IMG/VR virus record: IMGVR_UViG_3300011113_000675
Coordinates: 1 to 64,000 of that record
Reading direction: 5' to 3' (one strand)
Length of the DNA: 64,000 nt
From: a virus
The translations under genes and the position numbers were made by a program. The notes beneath the pieces were generated by a model. It was not told the origin of the DNA. It did not search any database and worked only from the letters and a program-made list of their open reading frames with translations. Positions 20,715 to 30,861 of the stretch are shown here, one piece after another. How positions within the stretch are numbered: position 1 is the stretch's first letter; the number at the start of each line of letters is the position of its first letter.

Positions 20715-21536
20715 ATGATTCCTGTAGATACTGAATTTTTTTCATCACCATATTATTTCTTGATGAGAGACAAGGGAAATAAGTATTCGTTATATTTCTC
20801 TGTTGAGAATACTTTGACTGAAGCGCGTAAAAAAGATGAGGTTATTCACTTCTCAAAAGAAAAGGGTGAAAAAGTAAAAAAACATTTGAAAAAAGTTGCG
20901 AAAGAAAAGAAAATCAAAGACACAAAAACTTTGAAGACAGATTTAGAGGAATTAGTAAATTCTGATGGAAGTATGGCAAATTCCAAAATTCCGATTTTGG
21001 ACCCGAGATTACATCCGAGAAAAACTATGGACCAAACGGTTTCATCAGCTAGTATTACAAATGACCCTATTTCTCGTGGTTACAGAACATACTATGGAGA
21101 AAGTGAGGTCAAAGAAATTGATATGTCAGGTGCTTTTGGATACGAGGAAACTGAAGATTTGGATGGTAAAGAAACCTTTAAATTTTTGGTTAAAGATATG
21201 GGTATGGAGCCTGATGAAGCAAAAGAACGAACAAAACAACAAGGAAAAGACCCATCAGGTAAAAAAGATAAAAAATCAAAATATTATAAAGATCCGAATT
21301 TCATAACACGAGCAACTTTATCTGAAATTCAAAAACAGAAGGCAATAAAGGTTGTTGAAGATATGTTGGCCAAGAAAAAAGATTCGAATTCAGCTGACGT
21401 AGGAAAAAAAGATGCCCCGAAAGATTTGGAGAAATTATCACCAGTGTTAAAAAAAAATCTTCAGTCTCTAATGAAACAAGCGGAGAAACACGGGTTTTCA
21501 AAAAAAGACTTAATAAAATTAATTCAAGGTGAATAA
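20715..21536 (+). CDS. hypothetical Lys/Glu-rich protein, possible head-internal protein
   Basis: Long ORF behind late-type motif; several L-x-E sites. Confidence 0.7.
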   Translation: MIPVDTEFFSSPYYFLMRDKGNKYSLYFSVENTLTEARKKDEVIHFSKEKGEKVKKHLKKVAKEKKIKDTKTLKTDLEELVNSDGSMANSKIPILDPRLHPRKTMDQTVSSASITNDPISRGYRTYYGESEVKEIDMSGAFGYEETEDLDGKETFKFLVKDMGMEPDEAKERTKQQGKDPSGKKDKKSKYYKDPNFITRATLSEIQKQKAIKVVEDMLAKKKDSNSADVGKKDAPKDLEKLSPVLKKNLQSLMKQAEKHGFSKKDLIKLIQGE

Positions 21537-22005
21537 CGATTTATATAATTCGGCAAAAGGGGAAATTGAATTTCCATCGAATATGAGGGACCATATGAAA
21601 AAATGTTTCCACATGGTAAAAGGTGCCGACGAAAATACTGAAGGGTTTAACCGTAATAAAGAATTACAAGATAAAAATTTCATAGAGTACAAACAATTAA
21701 AAAGAATCAAAAACTTTTTTGACAATTTCATAGGTAATCATAAGGAACCTTCATTCATTTTGAATGGTGGTGTTGAAATGAAAAATTGGGTTAATAATGA
21801 GTTGAGGAAAATGAGGGATTACACCAAAATGACCAAAACAAATAAAATGGATGCAGGAATGATGAATCAATTTATCAAACCTCATGAGAAAAAAGATTTT
21901 ACGAATGTAAGACCATCACAACAACATGCAAATACCTTCAACAAATATGACTCCGCCGTAACTGAAAGTCTTAAAAGAATAAACGAAATAATGAAACAAT
22001 TATAA
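21529..22005 (+). CDS. hypothetical protein with C-terminal ESLKRINEIM helix
   Basis: Overlapping operon arrangement. Confidence 0.68.
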   Translation: MNNDLYNSAKGEIEFPSNMRDHMKKCFHMVKGADENTEGFNRNKELQDKNFIEYKQLKRIKNFFDNFIGNHKEPSFILNGGVEMKNWVNNELRKMRDYTKMTKTNKMDAGMMNQFIKPHEKKDFTNVRPSQQHANTFNKYDSAVTESLKRINEIMKQL

Positions 22006-22006
22006 T

Positions 22007-22300
22007 ATGGCAAACGAAATAGCAATCGACTTATCTCAGGACATCCCGAATGCCTTGACCGCAATTGGTGATGCGGAAAGAGCAAAACTAATTCCCAAAA
22101 ATGATTTCAACGCAGTTGGTAACGAATACTCTGTTGTTAACCGAGACGCAGTAGCGGATGGTGATTCTATGGGTAGAGGTACAGGAGCGTTTTTGGATGT
22201 TTATAACGTAAACGCAGGAACCATTACTGACGTTGTTGAAAGAAAAAATGAAATAAAAATTAACAAATTTAATTCATCAAAACCTTATCCTAACTTTTAA
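22007..22300 (+). CDS. hypothetical protein
   Basis: Tightly coupled in operon. Confidence 0.68.
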   Translation: MANEIAIDLSQDIPNALTAIGDAERAKLIPKNDFNAVGNEYSVVNRDAVADGDSMGRGTGAFLDVYNVNAGTITDVVERKNEIKINKFNSSKPYPNF

Positions 22301-22680
22301 TGAAATTACAAAACACACTTAAAGGTTTAATTTGTGAAATCGCTTCTGTCGATAGTGTTGTTAACGCAATCAAAAACAAACAGAAAGTGGTTATCTATTA
22401 TGATGGTGATGAGCCAGGTGGTAGAGGATTAAGAGAAGTTGAACCTGTGTGTTTAGGTACGAGTAAAGCGGGAAACAAAGTATTAAGAGCGTGGGATGAA
22501 GAAGGTTCATCTCACACAGCCTACAAAGGAGAACAACCTCTTCCGGGATGGAGACTTTTTAGATTAGATAAAATTCTATCCCTAAAACCGACAGGAGAAA
22601 ATTTTACAGAAATGAAACCAAATTTCAATCCAAATGGTGACAAAAGTATGACTTCGATTATTATTATAGCAAAATTCTAA
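22300..22680 (+). CDS. stand-alone WYL-domain protein
   Basis: V.IYY..., R.VEP..L, LRAW, WRLFRLDKI. Confidence 0.8.
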   Translation: MKLQNTLKGLICEIASVDSVVNAIKNKQKVVIYYDGDEPGGRGLREVEPVCLGTSKAGNKVLRAWDEEGSSHTAYKGEQPLPGWRLFRLDKILSLKPTGENFTEMKPNFNPNGDKSMTSIIIIAKF

Positions 22681-22682
22681 TT

Positions 22683-23306
22683 ATGGACCAATTAATGCAA
22701 AAACTTATGATATCAAAAGCCATCATGGATAAGACTGATGGTATCAAAAGAATTGATAACAGAGAAATGAATTCACCTTCAAATATGGTGGAAACATTCA
22801 ATATGCCACAAGCAAAATACAATATACCTCAAGAATTCTTACAGGAACAACCTCAGATGCCCCAAATGAATCAACCGTATTTGTCATCTATCCCAAGAGA
22901 AAACACAAAACCAGTCGGAGTACCTACTGTAGATGCAATCAAAAACTCTAAACTTCCTGATGAGATTAAAAAACTAATGATGGAACATCCCATATCTCAA
23001 CCACAACAACCAACTGCAACTTTGTCTAATGATTTAGTTGAGAGGGCATCGAGATTGATGAAAGAAAATCCAAGTGGATATGTTCCTGAATCAGCAAAGC
23101 CGAAACAACAAGTACAGTCGACTCAACCTACAGGAAATATTGACTACAAAATATTACAGAAGATGATTAACGAAGCGGTCAACAACGCTTTGAAAGATAA
23201 TGGATTGTTGATGGAATCATCAGAAAAAACAAATGAACTTTTTAGTTTTAAAGTAGGTAAACATATTTTTGAAGGTAAAGTAACTAAGATTAAAAAGTTA
23301 TCCTAA
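22683..23306 (+). CDS. hypothetical Gln/Pro/Met-rich protein
   Basis: ORF in operon; low-complexity composition. Confidence 0.65.
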   Translation: MDQLMQKLMISKAIMDKTDGIKRIDNREMNSPSNMVETFNMPQAKYNIPQEFLQEQPQMPQMNQPYLSSIPRENTKPVGVPTVDAIKNSKLPDEIKKLMMEHPISQPQQPTATLSNDLVERASRLMKENPSGYVPESAKPKQQVQSTQPTGNIDYKILQKMINEAVNNALKDNGLLMESSEKTNELFSFKVGKHIFEGKVTKIKKLS

Positions 23307-23359
23307 CCACTTTTCTTATTTGACATAAAAACTTATACTTTAGAGTATATTGTAAATTT

Positions 23360-24580
23360 ATGTCAAAAATTAAAGTTTTAGTTGTTCCTTCTGACCGTTC
23401 AGGCGTTGGTAAATTCCGTTCAGTCGACCCACACATTTTTCTTCAAAATCAATATCCCGATGAGTTTCACGTAGACATCGTCTACGAACCATCATATGAG
23501 GATATGAGTTTTTGGAATCAATACCAAATAGTTGCATATCATAGAAGTATCGGTCCCGATTTCGATAAAGCACACCAATTAATCCAAGTATTAAACTCTA
23601 TGGGTGTTGTCACAGTTTGCGACATCGATGATTATTGGATGCCGGGGAAAGAACACCCCATTCACGATATTATCCGAGTTAATAAAATTAACGAAAAAAT
23701 TGTTGCTAACCTTAAAGTTTCCAAATTTGTCACAACAACAACTGAAATATTCGCTGACGAAATTCGTAAATACAACAAAAATGTTATTGTGTTTCCTAAC
23801 GCAATTAATCCAAACGAAGCTCAATTCAAAGAAAAAACTGAAGAGTCAGACAAAGTCAGAGTCGGATGGTTAGGAGGTTCTTCCCACTTACATGACATTC
23901 AATTATTAGATTCAGGTTTTTGTAAACTATTACCTCTTAAAGATAAAGTTCAATATGTATTGTGTGGATTCGATACAAGAGGAACTGTAACTGAAATAAA
24001 CGCACAAACTGGACAACAGACCAAAAGAAACATACTACCATCAGAGACTGTATGGGCGAGATACGAGGAAATTTTCACACAAAATTATAAAATAATTTCT
24101 GAAGGGTACAAAAACCATTTATTGAAATATAGTCAAGAAGAATACCTCGGAGATAAAAATGAATCATACTTGAGAGTTTGGACAAAACCAGTCACGGGGT
24201 ATGCTAAGAACTATTCAAAATTTGACATTTCCTTAGCTCCAATCAAAAACACAATGTTCAATAGAATGAAGTCACAATTAAAAGTGATTGAGGCTGGTTT
24301 TTATAAAAAAGCAATCATTGCATCCAACATAGGTCCTTATACAATTGACCTAAAACATTGTATGGAAAATGGTAATTTTGTAGATGGAAACGCCATCTTA
24401 ATCAATGAAGCAAGAAATCATGCTGATTGGGCAAAGTTCATTGAAAAACTAGTGAAGAATCCAAATCTAATTAAAGATATGGGAGAAAGGTTATATGAAA
24501 CTGTTAAAGACAAGTATGACTTGAATAATGTAACTAATGATAGAAAACAATTTTATATCGATATCGCAAATAAATCATGA
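23360..24580 (+). CDS. GT-B (GT4-like) glycosyltransferase
   Basis: DIDDYW, VGWLGGSSH..D, DISLAPI...FNRMKSQLKVIEAG. Confidence 0.85.
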   Translation: MSKIKVLVVPSDRSGVGKFRSVDPHIFLQNQYPDEFHVDIVYEPSYEDMSFWNQYQIVAYHRSIGPDFDKAHQLIQVLNSMGVVTVCDIDDYWMPGKEHPIHDIIRVNKINEKIVANLKVSKFVTTTTEIFADEIRKYNKNVIVFPNAINPNEAQFKEKTEESDKVRVGWLGGSSHLHDIQLLDSGFCKLLPLKDKVQYVLCGFDTRGTVTEINAQTGQQTKRNILPSETVWARYEEIFTQNYKIISEGYKNHLLKYSQEEYLGDKNESYLRVWTKPVTGYAKNYSKFDISLAPIKNTMFNRMKSQLKVIEAGFYKKAIIASNIGPYTIDLKHCMENGNFVDGNAILINEARNHADWAKFIEKLVKNPNLIKDMGERLYETVKDKYDLNNVTNDRKQFYIDIANKS

Positions 24581-25278
24581 TAAACATTCCAATTACTAAA
24601 CTTTTATTTTTAGACATAGAAACTGTAGGTGTCCAACCTGACTTCGAGACATTGGAATCTGTGAATCCTGAATTGTCATTCCAATTCAAAAATTATTTTG
24701 ATTGGTTTCAAAAAAGGTTTCCCGAAGATGCAGATAAAGGTCATTCACAAATGTTTGTCAATCGTTCAGCACTTGTACCCGAATTTGCCAAAATCGCATG
24801 TGTAAGTGTTGCCTTTGTTCTTGAAAGTGGTGAAGTCAAAGTACAATCATTCAGTAACGAAAATGAGAAAAATTTGTTACAAGACGTTCAGAAACTCTTA
24901 CGTAGAGTTGGTGAGTTAGGGTTTTTCCTCTGTGGTCACAATGTGAAAGGGTTTGACATTCCAATGCTCGCAAAAAGAATGATTATGAATGGTCTTCTAC
25001 CTCCAAAGATACTTCCAGGTCACGACACAAAACCATGGGAAATCAAAGCACTGGATACAAAAGAACTTTGGCAGTACGGTGGTTATGGATCTATTGCGTC
25101 CTTAGAGTTAATGTGTGTTTGTATGGGAGTTGAATCCTCAAAAAACATGGAAGTCACAGGAAACAAAGTTCATGAAGCTTATTGGACTAAAAAAGATATT
25201 AAAGGGATAATAGAATATTGTGAAAAAGATGTTCTTGTATTGATTGATGTCATAAAAAAAATTACAACACTTACATAA
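24577..25278 (+). CDS. stand-alone PolB-type DEDDy 3'-5' exonuclease
   Basis: FLDIET, GHNVKGFDIP, YCEKDV. Confidence 0.85.
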   Translation: MINIPITKLLFLDIETVGVQPDFETLESVNPELSFQFKNYFDWFQKRFPEDADKGHSQMFVNRSALVPEFAKIACVSVAFVLESGEVKVQSFSNENEKNLLQDVQKLLRRVGELGFFLCGHNVKGFDIPMLAKRMIMNGLLPPKILPGHDTKPWEIKALDTKELWQYGGYGSIASLELMCVCMGVESSKNMEVTGNKVHEAYWTKKDIKGIIEYCEKDVLVLIDVIKKITTLT

Positions 25279-25895
25279 TGGAAAACTCAAAAGAAAATTC
25301 AGAACAGGATATTTGGAAACAAATACAAGAAACATTCAACCAAATCAAGCAAGAAGCCGGGGTCGAACCTGACGAAGATTATATGAAAGAATTGGAGGAT
25401 CTTTTAGGGATGTCTGTTGATGAAATGAATGAAACCCACATGATAATGATGAAAACAAAATCATTACGTGTAGAATTAGTTCATGAAGATGCGAAAGTTC
25501 CATCATACGCATATCCATCAGATTCAGGGTTCGATTTACGTTCAACTGTAGAAATAAACATACCTCCATTCGGCCGAGCATTAATTCCAACAGGTATTAA
25601 ACTATCAATTCCTGAAGAATATGAAATTCAAATTAGACCTAAAAGTGGATTGGCGTTAAATCAAGGACTAACAGTGTTGAACACCCCTGGTACAGTCGAC
25701 TCAGGATATGTGGGAGAAATTAAAGTTATAGTTTTCAACACCAATAATACAACAGTCACCGTGTCCAAGGGGATGAAAATTGCCCAAGCAGTTTTATGTC
25801 CTGTAATCTGTGGAAAATATGTTTCAATAGAACTAATGGATAAAGTTGGAAATAAAGATAGAATGGATAACGGATTTGGGAGTACAGGATTATGA
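25278..25895 (+). CDS. dut: trimeric dUTPase with acidic N-terminal extension
   Basis: SGFDL, RPKSGLA, GTVDSGYVGEI, KIAQ, GFGSTG. Confidence 0.92.
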   Translation: MENSKENSEQDIWKQIQETFNQIKQEAGVEPDEDYMKELEDLLGMSVDEMNETHMIMMKTKSLRVELVHEDAKVPSYAYPSDSGFDLRSTVEINIPPFGRALIPTGIKLSIPEEYEIQIRPKSGLALNQGLTVLNTPGTVDSGYVGEIKVIVFNTNNTTVTVSKGMKIAQAVLCPVICGKYVSIELMDKVGNKDRMDNGFGSTGL

Positions 25896-27517
25896 TAACC
25901 GTCGGATATTCAACAAGAGAAACTAAACCTGAATTTATAGAGTATCTAAAAAAAAGTTCAGGTTTCAAAAAACTTGAGGTTATTGAAAAAGTCAATAACG
26001 GGAAAAAGTCCCTCGCTCAAGTTTACAACGAAATTTTATCCGAAGCAAAAACAGATATAGTACTTCTTTGTCACGATGACATTTACTTTGATACTCCCGC
26101 TTGGTATAGTAAACTCTTAAAACATTTTGAAAAAACTGATTTTGGAATTATTGGAATGGCTGGTACTACCTGTATGCCCGCAAGTGGTATGTGGTGGGAG
26201 GATAGAAAAAAAATGGTTGGGATTGTCAATCATGAAAAAGATGGAAAAAAGTGGGAATCAAAATATGCTGATGCTGTAGGAAATACGGTATATGAAACAG
26301 TTGTTGTAGATGGTTTATTTATTGCAGTACATAAAAAACGAATCAAAAAAATATTTAATGAAGAATTTAATGGTTTTCATTTTTATGATATTCCATTTTG
26401 TTTCGAAAACCATTTAGAAGGTGTTAAAGTTGGCGTTATCACCAACATTAGAATGACTCACAAATCAATAGGACAAACCAACGAACAATGGGAAGAAAAC
26501 CGTAAAATCTTTGAAGAAAAGTACAAAACTAATCTTCCACTTAAATTACCCCCTGACCCTAACAAAAGAATCAAAGTTTTAATCAGTTGTTTATTTTTCA
26601 GAACTTTTACAGGTTCAGAATTGTATGTTTACGAATTGGCAAAAAACTTGATGAAACAAAATTGTGATGTAACTGTATTATCACAAATAGGTGGTCCGTT
26701 GACCGATCTGGCAAAAAAACAAGGAATCAAATGTCTTTCATTCGAACAGGCACCTGGATTCAAGATCGGAGATGGAAAGTGGGGAGTCCAAACTGAAAAT
26801 GGATTACAGACATCTCAACCGAATGTCATGTATCGTATCGGTCCAGTAAATTTCGATATTATTCACATGCAACATAAACCAGTTGCAGAAAGAATGATAC
26901 AATTTTATCCCGAAATTGATAAGATATATTCCATACATTCGGAGGTAATAGAGTTAGAAGACCCAATCAAACACGAATCAATTAAGAAGTATATTGCCAT
27001 CAGACCTGAAATTAAGGAACACATTGTAAACAAGTTCGAAATTGATGAAGATATGGTTGAGGTTATATATAATCCTATTGATAATGAAAAGTTCAAATCC
27101 AAATTAATAAAAGAAGAAAACTATGTGTTGTTTGTTGGAACGATAGACTATCTTCGCAAAGAAACAATTATGGATTTGATTGACTATACATCCGAAAATG
27201 GTAAAGAACTTTGGTTAGTTGGCGAAGATAAGTCAAATTATCTACCACAAATCTTAACAAATTCTCATGTCAAACATTTTCCACCAACATGGAACGTTGA
27301 ACCATATGTTCAAAAATGTTCCGAAACTGCGGGTATTCAGTTGGGTCGTACAACTATTGAAGGATGGATGTGTGGCAAACCAAGTTGGATTTATAAAGTT
27401 GATTCAGGAGGATTTATTCTATCGAAAGAAAAATTCAATCCTCCCTCAGACATAGAAAAATATTATGCCGAAAATGTTGTATCACAAATAAAAGAAGAAT
27501 ACAAAAAAATGTTGTAA
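25892..27517 (+). CDS. GT2-like plus GT4-like glycosyltransferase fusion
   Basis: LCHDDI, VVVDGLF, FHFYD in the N-domain; TGSELYVYELAK, GRTTIEG in the C-domain. Confidence 0.82.
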   Translation: MITVGYSTRETKPEFIEYLKKSSGFKKLEVIEKVNNGKKSLAQVYNEILSEAKTDIVLLCHDDIYFDTPAWYSKLLKHFEKTDFGIIGMAGTTCMPASGMWWEDRKKMVGIVNHEKDGKKWESKYADAVGNTVYETVVVDGLFIAVHKKRIKKIFNEEFNGFHFYDIPFCFENHLEGVKVGVITNIRMTHKSIGQTNEQWEENRKIFEEKYKTNLPLKLPPDPNKRIKVLISCLFFRTFTGSELYVYELAKNLMKQNCDVTVLSQIGGPLTDLAKKQGIKCLSFEQAPGFKIGDGKWGVQTENGLQTSQPNVMYRIGPVNFDIIHMQHKPVAERMIQFYPEIDKIYSIHSEVIELEDPIKHESIKKYIAIRPEIKEHIVNKFEIDEDMVEVIYNPIDNEKFKSKLIKEENYVLFVGTIDYLRKETIMDLIDYTSENGKELWLVGEDKSNYLPQILTNSHVKHFPPTWNVEPYVQKCSETAGIQLGRTTIEGWMCGKPSWIYKVDSGGFILSKEKFNPPSDIEKYYAENVVSQIKEEYKKML

Positions 27518-28671
27518 TGAAAATTGGTATAATCGGATTGGGTAAAGTTGGGATCCCTTTTGCTTTATTGTGTCAAGAGTCAGGATTATCTGTTGTTGTT
27601 TCGGATGAAGATGAGGAATTGATTTACAATTTAAGTCAGAATATTTGTTTAACAGTAGAACCTGAAGTTCAAAAAATGTTGTTTGAACAACAAGGGATAT
27701 CCACGTCAGAGCCAATTGAAATAATTAAAAACTGTGACATTATTTTTACATTTGCAGAAACATCTCCCACTTTAGATGGGAATATTGATACATCGGTTGT
27801 TTTTGAAATTACAAATCATTTTTTTAATGCGTCCAAATTGGACATACCTCTTTATGAGAAAAAGTTTGTTGTGTGTACTACAACCAATCCAGGTGATGTC
27901 GAACAAATTCAGAAAAAACTAAACATGTTTAATATCCAAGTTGCATATCACCCTAATTTTTCTGAAAATGGGGAAATAGTATCGAATCTAAAAAATTCGG
28001 ATTTGGTGTTGATTGGGACCAATTACCAACAAATTTTTGATGATATTATTCAAATACATCAAAAAATTCAGAAAAAATCTATTAATGCATTTATGATGGA
28101 TATCAAATCTGCTGAAGTCGCAAAACTTTCAATTAGTTCATTTGTTTCGATAAAAAATACTTTTGCAAATATGATAGGAGACCTGATGACAAATTTAGGT
28201 CTGAGTAAGGACATTAATTTAGTTTTGAAAACAATTGGTTCTGACTCACGAATTGGTAGTAAAGAATTGAAATATAATTTAGGATTCAGTGGCCCAATTT
28301 TATCAAGAGACAACAAAACTTTGAACTATATTTTAGAAAATTCTAACACAGATTTAAATTTGGTTTCAAAAATTGATGAGTGGAATAAACAACATTTGAA
28401 TTTTCTGAAACAAAAGTACGTCACTCATAATCCTGATAAATCTATCCCATTTGTGATTGATGGACTTTCTTACCGTAAAGGTACCAATATTTTAGAAAGT
28501 TCACAACAATATCAATTATGTATTGATTTACTCAACGAAGGATATACTATAAATGTTATTGAAGGTTCACATGTTTCATCGAAATTAAATGAACTTTCTG
28601 AATCCTATGATGGAAGATTAAAATTTTTCAAATTGGGAACAAATCCTGAAGGATTTTTAATTGATGTATAA
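27517..28671 (+). CDS. UDP-glucose/GDP-mannose dehydrogenase homologue with degenerate active site
   Basis: GIIGLGKVG, SAEVAKL, DSRIG; GFSGPILSRD where GxGGxCxxKD is expected. Confidence 0.8.
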   Translation: MKIGIIGLGKVGIPFALLCQESGLSVVVSDEDEELIYNLSQNICLTVEPEVQKMLFEQQGISTSEPIEIIKNCDIIFTFAETSPTLDGNIDTSVVFEITNHFFNASKLDIPLYEKKFVVCTTTNPGDVEQIQKKLNMFNIQVAYHPNFSENGEIVSNLKNSDLVLIGTNYQQIFDDIIQIHQKIQKKSINAFMMDIKSAEVAKLSISSFVSIKNTFANMIGDLMTNLGLSKDINLVLKTIGSDSRIGSKELKYNLGFSGPILSRDNKTLNYILENSNTDLNLVSKIDEWNKQHLNFLKQKYVTHNPDKSIPFVIDGLSYRKGTNILESSQQYQLCIDLLNEGYTINVIEGSHVSSKLNELSESYDGRLKFFKLGTNPEGFLIDV

Positions 28672-29381
28672 TGATAATTTTGACAACAACATATAATTGT
28701 GAAAAATTCGTAGAAAAGTCTTTGTTCAGTATTATGAGTCAAAGATATAAAGATTTTACTTGTTATATAACTGATGATGTTTCCACAGATAACACAGTCA
28801 ATATTGTTCGTGAAACTATCAAGAACGATCCGAGATTTATCTTAATCGAAAACAAAACTAAATTTTTTCAACCTGGGAACTACGACCAAGTAATCAATTC
28901 AAGAAATATAGATGGTGAAGAAATTTGTGTAGAAGTTGATGGTGATGATTGGTTACCTGACTCAAATGTATTTACACGAATTGCTGAAGTTTATAAAGAC
29001 GAAGATGTTTGGATGACTAGTGGTTCATTCAGATATCATGATGGACGACCAGGATTTGCGAATCCCCCAACAAATTTTTCCAACGTAAGACGACAAACAT
29101 TTACATTATCCCACCTTAGAACATGGAAATCATGGCTTTGGAAAAAAATTAAACCCGAAGATTTAAGAGACGGAAATAATAATTATTGGAGTGTGGCTGG
29201 AGATTTATCTTTTATGTTCCCTATGTTTGAAATGTCAGGAGAAAAACATTATAGATTTTTATCTGATATAAATTACATTTATAATGAATCAAACCCGATC
29301 AATGACCATAAAGTCAATATGAAAAATGTAATTCAAACTGTGAATATAATTAGAAATAAACCTGAATATAAAAAATTATAA
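28671..29381 (+). CDS. GT2-family glycosyltransferase
   Basis: YNCEKFV, DDVSTDNT, VDGDDW. Confidence 0.88.
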   Translation: MIILTTTYNCEKFVEKSLFSIMSQRYKDFTCYITDDVSTDNTVNIVRETIKNDPRFILIENKTKFFQPGNYDQVINSRNIDGEEICVEVDGDDWLPDSNVFTRIAEVYKDEDVWMTSGSFRYHDGRPGFANPPTNFSNVRRQTFTLSHLRTWKSWLWKKIKPEDLRDGNNNYWSVAGDLSFMFPMFEMSGEKHYRFLSDINYIYNESNPINDHKVNMKNVIQTVNIIRNKPEYKKL

Positions 29382-30029
29382 ATGGCTTTTGACAGTAGTA
29401 TCGAAAATATAATTCTTGAAAAGAACTTAAATAAAAAAATTGACAATATTCTACATATCGGAGCATGTTTGGGTGAAGAATTGTCATTCTACAAAAGATT
29501 GAATCCTAAAAAAATTTATTGGTTTGAACCAAATCCTAAGTTGTTAGAAACATTAACTGAAAACGTAAGTAATCAAGAATTTGAAAGTATTGTTTTCCCA
29601 TATGCAGTGAGTAATAAAAAAGGAGTCACGTCTTTTAATATTATTGAGAACGGTAGTAAAACAAATCCAGGTTGTTCTTCTTTACAAAATTTGAAAATTC
29701 ATTCTGAATTATATCAGGACATTGTTAAAGTTGATAGTTGTGAGGTTAATACAATTAACATTGATGAATTTTTGATTGAAAATTCATTGGAACTCAACTT
29801 CGATTTAGTTAGTTTAGACACTCAAGGTCATGATTTTGAAATATTAAATTCAAGTAATTTAATATTTAACGCAAACATTATAGTTATTGAAACTGCAAAA
29901 GTAGAACTTTATGAAGGTCAAAAAATTGATGAAGAGATAGATTCATTTTTAGAATCCAAAGGATATTATAAACATTACTATCATGCGTTTCACCCTGTAT
30001 GGGGTGATTCCCTATACTTAAAAATTTAA
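29382..30029 (+). CDS. FkbM-family methyltransferase
   Basis: HIGACLGEE, FEPNP, LDTQGHDFEIL, WGDSLY. Confidence 0.88.
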   Translation: MAFDSSIENIILEKNLNKKIDNILHIGACLGEELSFYKRLNPKKIYWFEPNPKLLETLTENVSNQEFESIVFPYAVSNKKGVTSFNIIENGSKTNPGCSSLQNLKIHSELYQDIVKVDSCEVNTINIDEFLIENSLELNFDLVSLDTQGHDFEILNSSNLIFNANIIVIETAKVELYEGQKIDEEIDSFLESKGYYKHYYHAFHPVWGDSLYLKI

Positions 30030-30030
30030 T

Positions 30031-30861
30031 ATGGAAAATATAATTTCAGGAAACTTAATGGGTGGTTTAGGTAATCAGTTATTTGAAGCCGCTCACGCAC
30101 TATCTCAAGGTTGGAGATATAATAGAGAAGTAGTATTTCTTCCAACGTCATGGACTCCGGGACAGGGTAGGGAAGTAAAACATTACATAGATAATGTCTT
30201 CAGAAATCTTAAGTTTGTCGACAAAATAGAAAATTTTATCACAGTTGGAGAAAAACATTTCGAATATGCGGAAGTTAATCCAGTTGAAGGAAACACCGCT
30301 TTCCAAGGATATTTTCAATCAAGTAAAAACTGGTATGGTTTTGATGAAAAAGTTAGAGAAATTTTTCAACCACCGACCGAGTTGGTTGAAGAATTTATGG
30401 GAAAGTATCCTCAACTATCTCAACCGAACACATTGTCTCTTCACGTAAGACGAAGTGAATACTTACAACTCCCTGACATACACCCAACAATCAGTATTGA
30501 GTACATTCAAGAAGCGTTGAAAGTTATTGGAGAATACTCAACTGTTTTTGTTTTCAGTGATGACCATGATTTTGTTAAAGAAAATCTAAATTTCCCCTCT
30601 GTAATTTTTGTGGACGAGGATGAAGATTATAAAGAATTGTGGTTGATGGGATTGTGTCAAAATCATATAATGTCTAACTCAACATTTTCATGGTGGGGTT
30701 CTTTTCTGAATAAAAATTTAAATAAAAAAATTGTAGCTCCATCACGATGGTTTGGTCCAAGAGGGCCGGAATCCAAAGATGTTTATGAGTCATACTGGCA
30801 CACTATCCCATGTGATTGGGTTCCAGGAGGAATATTAATGCCAATCAAAAAAAATGATTAA
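30031..30861 (+). CDS. GT11 alpha-1,2-fucosyltransferase-like
   Basis: GGLGNQLF, GYFQS, LHVRRSEY, FSDD, NSTFSWWG. Confidence 0.9.
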   Translation: MENIISGNLMGGLGNQLFEAAHALSQGWRYNREVVFLPTSWTPGQGREVKHYIDNVFRNLKFVDKIENFITVGEKHFEYAEVNPVEGNTAFQGYFQSSKNWYGFDEKVREIFQPPTELVEEFMGKYPQLSQPNTLSLHVRRSEYLQLPDIHPTISIEYIQEALKVIGEYSTVFVFSDDHDFVKENLNFPSVIFVDEDEDYKELWLMGLCQNHIMSNSTFSWWGSFLNKNLNKKIVAPSRWFGPRGPESKDVYESYWHTIPCDWVPGGILMPIKKND

